Shown: positions 1-13,416 of the stretch, piece after piece
How the letters are laid out: each line of letters opens with the position of its first letter
How positions within the stretch are numbered: the stretch's first letter is position 1
Position numbers and translations under genes: made by a program
The notes under the pieces: model-generated
Database searches by the model: none
Told to the model about the DNA's origin: nothing
The model's input: only the letters and a program-made list of their open reading frames with translations
Source: the human T2T-CHM13v2.0 reference genome, Homo sapiens
Direction: 5' to 3' (one strand)
Length of the DNA: 64,000 nt
NCBI RefSeq assembly: GCF_009914755.1
Contig: NC_060937.1

Positions 1-410
1 CCTCATAGTTTCTGCAGGTGAGAAATACAAAGATGAATTAGATGAGTCATTTGCCTAAGGCCTCACAAGACTAAAATCAAAGTATCATCCAAGGCTGGTT
101 TATAATCCAAAGGCTCCACCAGGGGACCAAACTGTTTACCACCTCCCTTAGGTCATTGGTAGAATTCATGTCCTTACAGTTTTAGAGTTATGGCAGTTTG
201 CTTCTTCAAAACCAACCACACAGAGATAAAGATTAGGGTGAGTAAGCAACCAAATGGAGTCTTACCAAATGTAATCTCATATGGTGTACCTTTGCCATAT
301 TCTCCAGGCTAGAAACAAGTCACAGGTTCTTCTCACAGTAAGAAGAAATGATAAAAAAGCATGAACCACAAAGAGCAAAAAACATGCAGATCACTTTTTA
401 ATCTGTCCAC
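1..410 (-). mobile_element. MLT1-family MaLR LTR (old, truncated by window edge)
   Basis: Motifs 'ggtcattggtagaattcatgtcctt' and 'tttgccatattctccaggctagaaacaagtcacagg' resemble the reverse-strand MLT1 consensus. Confidence 0.65.
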
Positions 411-2209
411 TGCACCATTTAATAGCTCCTTTTAAGTAAATTTGTCAGCTATTAATCCAATAATCATCTTTTAATTTTTATGTCGAAGCTTAAAGCATGA
501 TGATAAACTCCTACTTCATAGCATAGTTGCAACTGAGGAACTGAGGTATAATAATAATAGTAGTAAAATAATAAATAATATAATAATAAAATATGTAATT
601 GTTTATCATAATAAATTGATCTACTTCTTTAGGGGCGTATATTCTTAATGGCTGCTTTTAAATGTCATGATTTCTTAAAATTCTTAACATGTTGGTGAAT
701 ATCATATATAAAAAAACAAAATTAAATGGTTCATGGCAGAAACTTTAGGACAGGTATCACATCATTTGTTTTTCTAAAATGACAATGTAAGAATCTTCCT
801 GCCTGCATAAAAAGCTAGCTCAGATATTGACAATATTCCAAACAAAATATTTAATCAATATTCCAAATATATGCATTCATTTTAGAATACTATATTTCAC
901 ATGCCATTAAATATATATTTATTTTTGAGGTTTTCTAACCTCTAATATTCCACATCAAAACTAATTTTAACATATGATATAGGCTTTGAAAAATATACCT
1001 ATACAAATTAGAAAGATTTGTCAAAAGATTCATAAAACTATTTTGTTTATAAACTTTTCCTGCTCATTGGTCATTCATATATCTTTTGCATTTTTCTGAA
1101 AGCATTTTTTTCCATACTACCTAAACATAATTTAACATGCAATAGAAGGGAAGTTAGACTTCTCACCTCTCATGAAAATCCTGGGAAGGGATTTTTATAT
1201 TCACGTAGTTTTACTCTTTGTAAAGCTCAGAAAAGCTGATGCACTGTCTGGCAATCTTTTATGTGTTTATTTAATTTTAGCGAATATCTGAAAATCCAAA
1301 AGCGTTCAATATTTTAACTTTTATGTGTTAACTACTTAATATGTTAATGCACCAATATGCACACATTACATATGATACAATGATTACTGTTCCCATGTTT
1401 ATTTAACAGGACTATTTTCAATTTCTTAGGTCAAGTTGGATTTTGACAATTTCATTTTTTTATTTTGCTCTGATGGTATTTCACCATAAAAACATCCCAT
1501 TTTGTTGGTTTGTTTGACAGGAAAAAAATTTAAACCTCTAATTTCTACTTAATTTCATGAAGATCTTGTTTCAATATAGTCTTACAAATACATTAAATTG
1601 ACTTTTAATTCACTCAGTAAAGATAGGATGTTCATTAATGTGGACAAATAATACAGTGTATATATTAATCTAGTAGTCGTAAAGACTGTTAAATTTAATA
1701 TTCTTAACTAGATTGAAGTCATAGCTCACTAGAATTGCAAGGTTGAGTATTTAATTAATACTTGGCTTCTCTTTTTCTATGAAGATCTGTTAATGACCTT
1801 TGCCTTTGGAAGAAAAATGATGCATTCCTAATAGTCTAAGACATACGAATGAGTACCAACAACCAATAAACATAAATTTTTGGTTATTTAATACAAATTG
1901 AAATAAGTTAAATTGCCGTTTTGGAAAGTTTTTTATGACAGCTAAGTCAATCTATATTTTAATAGATTGTCTAATTTATAAACTTTTAACTTGGACTTCA
2001 TTAATATATTCCTATGAACTTTCAAGTTTTGATTATATTATTATATTTTAAAATATATATTGTGTTTATATTCAATAATTATACATATATATTCTTTAAA
2101 ATAGATAAGAATAAATTTATACTTGCTGGAAATGAGAGGCAATACAAAATAAATTTCTCATGGAATGGATTCATATTGATATATTTGTGTTTCTGAATTA
2201 TTTGTTTTT

Positions 2210-2500
2210 TAACTCATAATAAATTTCAAACATATAAAAAGAATATTATTATGAATCTTCATGTATCAGTCACCCAATCTTATCAATTATAAAAATATAG
2301 AAAATCTTGTTTCATCTATACCACAGCCCATTTACTCCCCAACCCACAACAGTTTGGAACAAATTTCAAGCAATGTATAATTGCTAAGTATTCAAGTATT
2401 TTTATTGAGAATCTTTTATTTTTTCAACTATTCCCACAATAACATTGTCATACGCAAAATTAATTAACAAATGTCCTTACTACCATCCTACATGAGGTCA
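2210..2500 (-). mobile_element. Old L1 (L1MC-like) 3' end fragment
   Basis: 'catgtatcagtcacccaatcttatcaattata...aatcttgtttcatctataccac' resembles antisense L1MC 3'UTR. Confidence 0.5.
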
Positions 2501-2720
2501 TCGATAGCAGACAATGAAGGCTATTAATTTTAATTGTTTGTTATAAGTTCTTCAGTACCATTTATGTACTATTGGTTTTCTCATCCATATATTATTCCTA
2601 AAAGTATATTTATTATATGAGAAATCTTATTTTCTTGTACTGACTTTTGCAATTTTGCTTTTAATGTTTGCACCCCACTAGTGTCATGTTGTATCTTCCT
2701 TTCTTCCCCGAAATTAGTAT

Positions 2721-3025
2721 TGTTGTAGGAGTTTTTTCTTAGTTCAGCTAAGAGTAGTTTCATGTCACAGGACCATGAGAGATAACAGACACTTCGAAGG
2801 GTAAGAAAAAATTGAATTTATTGGGCAAAAAGGGAAACGGGCCCTCTGCAAAGCCAGAGTCCTGCTAGCGTGCTTCCTGCCATGCAGATTGAATCCCAGG
2901 TTCCACCCAGGAAGAAGAGGGGCCAGGCTTCTCTGGGCTGCAAGTGGCGGGATCTTCTATGGGTCCACCCCAGTGCACAGGCTAGCTGGAGTTTATCTGG
3001 GGACCCTTCCCTCCTAGCTGCCTCA
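2721..3025 (-). mobile_element. MER61 solo LTR (ERV1)
   Basis: TG...CA termini; 4-bp TSD GTAT at 2717-2720 and 3026-3029; core 'gattgaatcccaggttccacccaggaagaagaggggccaggct' matches recalled MER61. Confidence 0.85.
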
Positions 3026-3373
3026 GTATGAATTAATAATTCAATCCAGAGTCCAGGTAGGACTCAGGTTTGATGTTTTGGCAAGCATCCCTCAAAGATG
3101 TTTTAAAATACTACCATTATGTAGATCATAATGTCTGGGGTCTTTTTTTTTTTCAGTTATATTTGAAACTACAGATTACATTGATGTATTAATGTATAAG
3201 TGACTGCAAAATATTACTATCTTAGCTAAAATATTTTAGACTTTTGTCCTTTTATAAAGATTTAGTCTTCAAATCACTCATGTGGTTACCTTAAGATATA
3301 ATCCATAAAGGATTATATCTTTTATAATCCTTTTTTCTTTTATTTACTATTTAAAAATAAGAAAATTATTTTT

Positions 3374-3375
<2 letters not shown>

Positions 3376-3417
<42 letters not shown>
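3376..3417. repeat. (GT)21 microsatellite
   Basis: Direct reading. Confidence 0.98.
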
Positions 3418-3420
<3 letters not shown>

Positions 3421-3479
3421 CTTCTATTAGTTTCCCTATGGTCTCATGAAAACTGTTTTAGATAAACTCAATAACAATT

Positions 3480-3940
3480 GAAACACATTTTTGTTCATTC
3501 TGCCTATACACAGTAAATCAATCACTGTGTCAGGGTTTTGCAAAAGAAAACAGATTTATTCACAAGTCTGCCCAACAAGGATGTGAGACAGCAGCTCTCA
3601 AATGTGCCTCCCAAGATAAGGCTTAGGGTATTTATGGGTTAGAGAAGTGGGGTGGTCCAAGTCATGGTGAAAAGTGGTTGACAGTGTAGAAAAATGAAGT
3701 AATTACTGATCTACACACACGTTGTCTGGGTTCATGTCATTTCATTGGACATAAGTTCAGAAAATGGAGGTATTAGCCTGATTTGAGAGTGGAGTTTTAG
3801 GTCTTCTCATGTCAAAAGTCTACCTCTTGGGCATTTGCACAGGCCCAGTTGAAAAGTCAGTGGTCTCAACTGTTTTGAACTGGACAAGAGCTGCCCCACG
3901 TGTGGCCTTCATCTACCATGGCGTTCAGCTTCATGGAAAA
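3480..3940 (-). mobile_element. ERV1 LTR, MER31/MER67-like
   Basis: 'cagtaaatcaatcactg...gttttgcaaaagaaaacagatttattcacaag...ctctcaaat...gataaggcttagggtatttatggg' is typical of MER4-group LTRs. Confidence 0.6.
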
Positions 3941-5430
3941 TAAAATAACAAAAATAGTTTTGTGTATTTTTTTCTGTTTTTTTTTCCCTTGAGATGTAGT
4001 ATCATTAAGCATATATAGAAAAACTTGTTTTTTAAAAGCAATAAAATTTCGGTTTTGATCATATACATATATGTGCACACATTTGTGTTTCTATATATGT
4101 ATATGTATATGTATGTTATGTATATATGCATACACAAAAACATGAAATTAGATATATAGAGAGTCTACTTTTTCATTATATCTTCTAATTTGTTTTTGTT
4201 CTTACATGAAATGGCTTTTTCATTTTTAAATGTTCATTTTATAATATAGTCTTCACTAAATCTTCAATTAAATCTTTCATATTAACTATTTTTAGTTTCC
4301 TGGATATATAAGCATTTGATAATAATTAGAGTTCTTTTTATAATATTTGCCAATTCTTATGCCTCTAATTTCTTTTTTTTTTTGTCTAATTGCATCAGCC
4401 AGTTCCTCTAACACAATGTTAAGCAGTAATCAGGTTAAAAAGATATCCTACTGTTCTTTCTAACTTTAAGTCCAGAAATATGCTCTTGTGTCTCTCCATT
4501 TACAATAATTGACTTTATGATTTGATAACATAGAATATTTTTTGCTAATCATGTGAGAGACTCAATTTATATTTTGTTGAGTATTACTAGCATCATTGAT
4601 TATTGAATTGTGTTAGATTTTTTTCCTTTCAGCCTCGTATGTTTTTCTCCTTAGCTATGGGATGCATTATAATGATACATTTTTAATATGAAATGAGAAT
4701 AAACATTCATTCCTAAACCCATTAAGTTTGAATAAAAATGTCTTGACTTTTTGCTATTATCTAAGATTTTGCATACACACACAGAAATACAACATTTGTG
4801 CGTACGATAATTTAGTTTTTGTTTACAGGTTTGGAAATCACCTTGATTTACTAATAAATTTGAAAAATTTTCTAGCCTTTTCTTTGTTCTGAGTTAGTTT
4901 AGCAAGTATTGAGATGTTTGAACACATTTCCGTGGGGAATACTCATAAGGTAAATATGGCACAAATTTGATAAAATTTCCTTGAGGTTACCATCTTGGGC
5001 TGGCACTTTTAAGGGGCATTTCTTATCTTGTTATTTATTTGATTATGTGTTCTGCCTTACCTGGCATCACATTTGGTAATTATACCCCCTACAAAACTAT
5101 CAATTTAATATGATGATTTTTATTCTATTTTCACTGAGTTGTGCAAAATATTCCCACATTAGATTTAGTTTGTTTTACTTTTTTTTTAACATGTATATGT
5201 TTGGATGTTACTTTTTCTGTGATGTACAATTTGTATATATGCACATTCTCCTTCCCATTTTTATTTTATGATCTACCCTTTTAATTGTGATATTTTCAAA
5301 TTAATGATTTTTGCATTTATTAACTTTCTTTTAATTTTTTTCTAACTCATTAATGTCTGCTTTCTACCTTTTTTCTAATTCCCTGCATCTTGTTAAGCTA
5401 TTTTTCTCTTTTTAGTTTTAAGTACATTAT

Positions 5431-5434
<4 letters not shown>

Positions 5435-5478
<44 letters not shown>
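5435..5478. repeat. (TA)22 microsatellite abutting Alu poly-A tail
   Basis: Direct reading. Confidence 0.95.
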
Positions 5479-5509
<31 letters not shown>

Positions 5510-5758
5510 AGGCAGAGTCTTGCTCTTTCACCCAGGCTAGAGTGCAGCGATCTCAGCTCACTGCAACCTCCGCCTCCCAGATTCAAGTGATTCTTCTGCC
5601 TCAGCCTCCTGAGTAACTGGGATTACAGGTGCCTGCCTGTAGTAGAGATGGGGTTTCACCGTGTAGGCCAGGCTGGTCTTGAACTCCTGACCTCGTGATC
5701 CACCCACCTTGGCCTCCCAAAGTGCTAGGATTACAGGCATGACCCACTGTGCCTGGCC
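5479..5758 (-). mobile_element. AluS with internal deletion of the middle A-rich linker
   Basis: Poly-T then 'gaggcagagtcttgctct...gcctggcc'; TSD attattcactatat (5426-5439) / ataattcactatat (5759-5772). Confidence 0.95.
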
Positions 5759-7769
5759 ATAATTCACTATATTGTTGATGTTGCTTTCTGTTGATATAAG
5801 TATTTTATGCAATGTATTTTCCTCTGATAATTATTTGCTATATTTCATAGATTATGATATTATTTAGTTACCATTCTTCTAAATAAGTGCTGCCACTCCG
5901 TTTTTCCCTTAGGCCTACATGTTAAAAATAATGTTTTCGATGTTTTAGGTGACAGAGTCTCTGCAATCTTGTTAATTTCTAGCTTATTTTTCCAACACTA
6001 TTATTTGGAATTAACTAAAGAGCACTTTGGGGCCTAAAATATAGTTGATTTTCATGTGCACTTGAAAATAAGTTATATTATTTACTATTTTAGTTCAGAG
6101 TGTTTTATTTATACAATCTACCTTCTTGATGACGTGTTGTGTGTTTCTTATCTAAAATAGTTTTGCCCAGTTGCTCTGTTTGGGAGTAAGCTATAAGCAG
6201 CATTTTTTAATAGAGCTGTTGTAGTCTTTTTTTCTTCTGAAAGCCGATTCTGATTTATTTGAAGCAGTAGCATTACTAACATAACCTAATTGTGAGTTGC
6301 ATTCTTTAGTATCATAAGCGCCTCTTGCTGTCTTTTAAGTGTTTTTATATGTCTCAGTATACCTTGTCTAATATTAAGATTGAAAACCATGTTGTTTTGT
6401 TTTGTGCTTTCACCTGATATATTTTGACTCATTTTTAAATATTTAACCTTTCTGAATCTCTGCTTTAAGTTTTTTTTGTGTGTACAGTTTTGGATATTGC
6501 TTTTTTACATCATTTATATTTACAGTGCTTATTTTTAGGATGATCCATTTTTATAATTTTTGTTTATCCCTGTTTTTTTTAATGCTAGGCTGTATTTAAG
6601 CTTGTTTTCAAAGTATATGATTTATCTACCCTAGCTGAGTTGAACTTCTCCCTGTGATATTGATGACAATTTTATCAGTTTCTTCCAAATTATGCCAGAG
6701 TAACTTTGCTCAAATTCTATGATTTCTTTGTACAGAGCTACTCATAATAATTCTTAGAATCTCTGTGTCTTCAAATTGTTTTCAGAATAATTTTGAATTA
6801 TGTTTTTCTTTATACATTGTGTGTGTGACAATGCTTTCTTATTTCCTAACTAAAGAAAAAAATTACAATTTCGAACAAATTAAAAGCATATTTTATAGGA
6901 TATGCTTTTTGGTTTATGGTAGCAACCTTGAAGTGAAGTGAAAATGATTGGCGTATAGTCAGTTGGTGGAAAGATAGTCACCATAATATTGAAGATCACA
7001 TACCTGTAAGAAAAAGATTAATTTCTAGATTGACAGCCTTTATTAATGAACAGAATTTGTTTTATTTTATAAACTGAACAACAGCCAACTTGTCTTTATA
7101 TTGATAAGAAACCAAGAACTTCTATGGTCTACTTTTTAAGACTTTTTTTAATAAGTGAAAACATCTACAAATAAAGTTTTATTTCTGCTGTTAAAATTGT
7201 GTAAGTGGAAAGGCCAATAAATACTATTTTTACGGTAGCCTTTTTAATAACATTCACTTCTCTGTCTCTCATTTTAAAGAAAATAAAACTGGTTTCTAGG
7301 CCTTGGTATTGATTGATAAGCTCTTCAATCTTTTTTCAAGACTTTGTATGTAGTCCATAAAAAACAACAAATATCACACTCATATCTCTTACATGTTTCT
7401 TAATCGAAATGAAAACTTCATTTATCAACTTCAATAACAGTAACATTCACGATGACTTCTGTAAATGTTCTAATTGTATTATCCTCCACTAGTCTGGCAG
7501 ATCCAGCAGGAAATACAGGAAATTATTCCAGGCTTGATTTTCTGTTTTTGAACTTTACTATAGATTAATGTAAATGTGATTAAGTGCATAAATCTTTTTG
7601 TCTAACGCAGTTTATAAAATTTAATAAACTAAACATAGTAAATTGTTTAATTACATCCCTTTGAGTTTTTAAAGCCACAGTTTTGTTGCTGTACTCTTAG
7701 GATAAACAGTATAAAAGAAAATCTTAATGAATATGGTGGCATTCTGCAGGCAAGCCATTAAAAAATCAC

Positions 7770-8885
7770 CATTATTGTAATATAATTGACACATAAAATT
7801 GAATATACTTAATGTGTATAATGTAATGACTTGATATACATACACATTATGAAATGATTACCATAATAAAGTTCATTAACATAACAACACCTCACATAGC
7901 TACTTTCTAAAAAGTTTTGGTGAGATTGCTTAAGATCTGCTTCTTTATGAAAATTCAAATAAGCAATACAGTACTGTCAACTATAGTCACGACATGGTGT
8001 GCATCCAGTCTGCAGAACTTATTCATCTTATAACTGAAATTTTGTACCCTATGACCAACATCTCTCCATTCCCCCACTTCAGTTCCTGGTAACTACAATT
8101 CTATACTATGTTCCAATGAATGTAACTTTTTTTGTTGTTTCGGATTTCACCTGTAAGTGATACCATACTGTATTTTTTATCCTTCTGTGATTGGCTTATT
8201 TTATTTGGCATAATGCCCTCCAGCTTCGTTCATGTTGTAAATTCTAGAATTTCCTTATCATTACATGGTTGCATAATATTTCTATATGCCACCATTTCTT
8301 TATCTATTTACTTCTCAATGGATACTTTGGCTGTTTCCAGATCCTAACTGTTGTGAATAATTTTGTGATGAACATGAAAATGCAAATATTTCATCAAGAT
8401 AATGATTTTGTTTCCCTTGAATATATACCCAGATGTGAAATAAGATTGCTGGATTATATGGTAGTTCTATTTTTAATGTTTTGAGGAACCTCCATATATA
8501 ATTTTTCATAATGGGAGTACCAATTTACATTCCCACCAACACTGTACAAGGGTTCCCTTTTGTTCACATTTTCTCCAAAATTTAACTTTTGTGTTTTTTA
8601 GCCATCCTAACAGGTGTGAGGTGTCTTACTGTGCTTTTGACTTGCATTTCCCTGATTATAGTGGGTAGCTCCTTTCTGCAGGCAGGTCATTCCAATGAGT
8701 GTCCAGCTCTCAGCAGATAGGAAACCCATAGTGGGTAGCTCCTTTTACAAGCAGGTTGTCCCAACAACTGCGTAAATCTGGCTGAGTCTGCAGTTTTTAT
8801 GTCTTCAGAATGGAGACATAAGCAACTGCTGACCATTTATGTATTTGTTTGGAAATCTCTATTTGAGACCATTTTAATTTTTAAC
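7770..8885 (-). mobile_element. L1MA-type 3' end (interrupted at 8658-8816 by a MER52 fragment)
   Basis: Antisense L1 3'UTR/ORF2 end: 'gatttcacctgtaagtgataccatactg', 'ttgctggattatatggtagttctatttt', 'ttgcatttccctgat'. Confidence 0.9.
8658..8816 (-). repeat. 159-bp MER52 LTR internal fragment, dispersed copy of 10574-10732
   Basis: Manual alignment: same length, about 85% identity by eye, shared 'cagataggaaacccatag' and 'gtctgcagtttttatgtc'. Confidence 0.9.
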
Positions 8886-9340
8886 TATTTATCTTGTCTT
8901 CTCTTTATTTTGTCTCAAAATATTTTAGTTTTGGTATAAAGTTGTTAAAAAATACAATTATTTATAAGATAACATCATTAAATAGGATATAATTGTATAT
9001 TGCAGATAATTATGTAATGAAAAAAAGTAAATCCATGCATACAGTGACTACTTTCAATATTTTCTTCTGGGAGTTATAAAGATAAGTTACTCAGGATTTA
9101 TTTTTATTTAAGAGCTGTTGAATAACCCTATCTCTTGAATAAAAATATATAATTTCTGAGAAATATATAAAGAAAAACAATGAGATAATCTTGATGTGGA
9201 TAACAGAACTCCAGAAAGAATAAGGCATATTATATTCCTCTAGAATAAGTTAGTTTACTGACAGGCTAGAAGGAAGGACATTATTAAGCGTACTTCTGTA
9301 GAAAAAATACTTAAGCAATATTCTATTTATCATATGGTAA

Positions 9341-9769
<429 letters not shown>

Positions 9770-9819
9770 TGTTACTAGTTACTTTCCACAGACTGTTCCA
9801 GCCTTTTAACCTACTTGTA

Positions 9820-11435
9820 GTCACAGGATCCTTAGGGTGTCACATTTCCATTCGGAAACCTCTGTGGCTGGTGGCATCTTTGCCCTAGTTTTGCTTAGGC
9901 CCGCTGGGCTCATTCTGCCCACTTGGCTTGGCAGACTGCACTCGACTCATGCTACCAGCCTGGATCCCACACCTGCCAACGGTGAGCCAGGTGGGCAGCA
10001 GCAAGGGGCGTGTGGGCTAGCGAGCATGGCGTTTTTCCACTGCACACAGCCAGGCACACTGGCTGCTGAAGCAGAGCGGGCAGCTCCAGGCACTGGCTCA
10101 GGTGCTGGCTCCGTGAAAGGCTGTGGCTGGATCAGATGTACCACAAATGGATTCTGCTAGGGGCACCCACATCTGGACAAGGGGAACGTGGTGGCAGCCG
10201 GATGATTGGAGATGCCAGGAACCCTCAGAGAGCCCCAAAGAGGGTGTCACAGTCCTGGCTTGGGGAGCCCCTAGGTCTGGGCTCCCCAAAGGGCCACAGC
10301 TCTTCTCTCCTTCTTGTTGCCTGCAACGTGGTGAATGGGGGGTATATTGTGGCCCTGTTTGTGTTACAGCTTTTTCAGTCCTGCATTTGGTGGGTCCTGA
10401 CTTCTTGTCCTACATTCGGAAAGAATGAAGTGTGCAGACAACTGGAGGGTGAGCAAGGCAGAGAGGAGCTTCACTGAGTGACAGAAAAGCTCTCAGGAGA
10501 CCCGTAGTGGGTAGCTCCTTCCCACAGGAAAGTCATCTCAATGAGTGTCCAGCTCTCAGCAGATAGGAAACCCATAGCCGGTAGCTCCTTTCTGCATGCA
10601 GGTCATCTCGATGAGTGTCCAGCTCTCAGTGGAGAGGAGACCCATAGTGGGTACTTCCTTTTATAGGCAGGTCTTCCCAGCAAGTGTGTAAATCTGGCCG
10701 AGTCTGCAGTTTTTATGTCCTCAGAATGGAGAAAGTGCATGCTGATTGGTCCATGACTGGCCACAGGTGTTCCTGGAAAAAGGACCATCCAATTGGCCAA
10801 ATGGTCATCAATGAAGTTCTCACTCCTGGCTGCAGACTTCACCTGGAACTGGCAGCCCAGTCCCCAGCCTTCAGGCCGGCCCTGGCCTGAAGGTGGGGTT
10901 TCACTGGGGACCCACCACTTCCCACCTAGGAGCCTGTCTGCCTTTTACATGCCATCCATAGATCCCAGGCTGTCAGTGCTGAGAGGTACCCACGGGTCCG
11001 CCCTGAACCTCCCTCAGTCCCCCTGGACCCCCTTGCATGCTCATTGGTGCCCAAAGTCCGGAGGGGGCTGAGGTGGCCCGAGGCCAATGTGTCAGCACTG
11101 CACTGAGTGTGCGCAAACCCGGCTGGGTTGCAACAGTGCCTGGGCTCGGCCACAACTTTGCTCTGCCCCACAGCAGGCACCAGGATTGAGGAGAGGCCAG
11201 GGAGCAGAATTGGCACTTTCAAGCCTGCAGTGGCAGGGGATTTCCTGGGCCCCAAGTGCACCTGGATGCCCAGGTCTGGAGCCGCGGCTGGGTGGCTGCA
11301 GCTACACCCAGGAGTGTGGGACTCCCACCTGTTCCTGGCCTCTGCCGGCTCCTCAGAGCATGCAGCCCCAGTGGCACCTCCCTCGCCACAGCTGGCTTCC
11401 CCAGAGCAGCTGCTCCAGATGGGCTGCTGCCACCA
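9820..11435 (-). mobile_element. MER52 (likely MER52A) long solo LTR, ERV1
   Basis: Starts 'gtcacaggatccttagggtgtc...gaaacctctgtggctggtggc', ends 'gggctgctgccacca'; about 1.6 kb, GC-rich, contains a 70-bp tandem unit at 10504/10574/10644. Confidence 0.85.
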
Positions 11436-11546
11436 AAAGAACTTTTAACCTTTTTTTGCCTTACGATCTTGAAACATCCTGCCAACTCAAAGCTGAGAAA
11501 TGTTAACTTCAGATAATTTTTTCCAGACCAACCACTCTCTCCCCCT

Positions 11547-11729
11547 TCATTAAAATTTTTAATGTTATTATACTTTGTTAAATTAAGCTGAGGAAACAAC
11601 TAAGATATCTCATAAAAGGAAACAGTTACTTGAGAAGTTTTTCTAAAATGCCATGTTAATTGAAGTTTTCTTCACTAAAACTTATGACAAAAGTAGGCAA
11701 AAAAAGAAATAACAAGAAATAGGTTGAAT
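11547..11729 (+). repeat. Dispersed direct duplication, copy 1 (partner 13417-13593)
   Basis: Near-identical: one 7-bp indel, one 1-bp indel, two substitutions. Confidence 0.97.
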
Positions 11730-13416
11730 AAGGTTGAAGACATTTAGGTCTCTATATTTACTCAAGCTTAGAACAAGTCATATCTAATCATAGTTGTCTA
11801 CAAACTTTCTATGCCTCCTGAACTAGGACGTGGTCTTGTCCCTCTTTATATTTCTAGTCTGAGTTTCATTATTGGTATAGTATGAGCTTCTATATGTGAA
11901 ATTTTTTTTTCCAAAAAATTCATAGCTAATTCACTACAGAATTCAGTAGAGCAGTTTACTCCCATATACCTTAGTAAGAATACAAGCACAATCAATAAGT
12001 CATTGAACTTATTGTGCTACTAGCAATGTGAATGCACATATTTTTAATGATTCTGATACTGTTTCCTTCTCTATGTAATGAGAACAATAATGCTTACTCG
12101 TAAGATGTAAAACAAATCACCTTCTACAAATTTACTAATTCCAAGTCATTAAGAATTTTTGCCCTTTTTATTATGTTCATTCAGACTCATGACCTGTAAT
12201 GTTCCCTTAGTCAATGCTTTAAAACTATGCTGTTTTGATTACAAATCCAATATGATTTAACAATTTTCAAAATTTGTATAATAGTTTGTTGTCATTTCTC
12301 AAATTTTAACATATAATTATCTTTCATCCACTCCCATCTATAGTATCTGAATTTGATACTACTAGTCATGCTTTGTGAGCTAAATTAAATTTCAAAAGTG
12401 AAAAAATGAACTTTTTAGTAACTGTGAATCGAAGAATTAAAAATTTTGTCTCGAGTTACATTAATCAAAACCATCAATTTTCAAGTAGTGAGTAACCATA
12501 TTTTTAATGTGCCTCAGTATGAAGATAGAACATCACTGTGAAGAACTTATCTTCTTTTGTGTGTGTTTCCTGAATACATTCATTTCCAACAGACTTGGGG
12601 ATATTATCTTATCTTACTTTCTAGAGGTAAGCAAGATAAAGATGTAAGACTGCTTCAATGAGCTATAATGAGTGTTTATTTCTGTATGTTTTATGGATGC
12701 ATACATGTTTTGGGGAAGTCATTTATTCTTTAGTTATTGAGTATTCACACCCAATGAAAACATAATAAATATTGAAAAGCACAAAATACCATTTGAGGTA
12801 GGCAAAGGTGAGTACATAGAATTTACAAAGGGTATAAATTTTGTACCCTCATTCTCTTTTCTGGACTGAAGATGAATCTTAGTAAGTTGTGTTGTGAATT
12901 GATTTGAGCACCTGGATCACTGAATTAACTCTGACCAACTAAGAAGAAATGCTAACGTAAGGAGAATAGAAGCTCCAGATATATTTTAATATTATTTGCT
13001 TTAGTTAGATTTTTTAATTATTTAGATTTAAGATTTTTAAAAATAACTTTATTGATATTGCTCCTAAATTGAAAACAAGTTATTGTGTGTTAGGTGAAGC
13101 CTATGATATGAAAAAAATATTCCACTTTTTGGAGAAAGGAGTTAAACACAGAAGTTTAAGGCTATGCAATTTTGACATTGTAAAAATCTGCTTCCCAGAG
13201 AACTATAGAATGTGATTTCATTTTGATTTTCATTAGCAAGAAACCCTAGTACTATGATTAAAATAGCAAAATGTATGTCAAGATCTTTAAACTTTATAGT
13301 AATAACAAGGCAATAATTTTAATTCACTATGAAACATATCTGGACTGGACCATATTTTCAAATGTAGTATTGTTGCTCTCAAAAACCTAGAATAGTTATT
13401 TTTAAAGACAACTATC

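Larger units (their letters stand above)
4250..6500 (-). mobile_element. Highly diverged L1M ORF2-region remnant (interrupted by Alu)
   Basis: T-rich; 'ctaattgcatcagccagttcctctaacacaatgttaagcagt...atatcct' resembles antisense L1 ORF2; boundaries approximate. Confidence 0.55.

Noticed and set aside
2721-3025. Possible p53 response element (known for some MER61 subfamilies)
   Set aside because: Only an imperfect half-site (aggctagctg) is visible; no paired RRRCWWGYYY
10504-10680. 70-bp periodic repeats that superficially resemble a CRISPR array
   Set aside because: Contiguous tandem units without unique spacers, inside a primate LTR
9837-11599. Dense overlapping ORFs of 60-139 aa on both strands
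   Set aside because: Almost entirely within the GC-rich MER52 LTR, where stop codons are rare; no protein-family resemblance
12593-12626. 34-nt plus-strand microexon candidate (ccaacag|...gag|gtaagc)
   Set aside because: Length is not a multiple of 3 and there is no independent support; such motif pairs are common by chance
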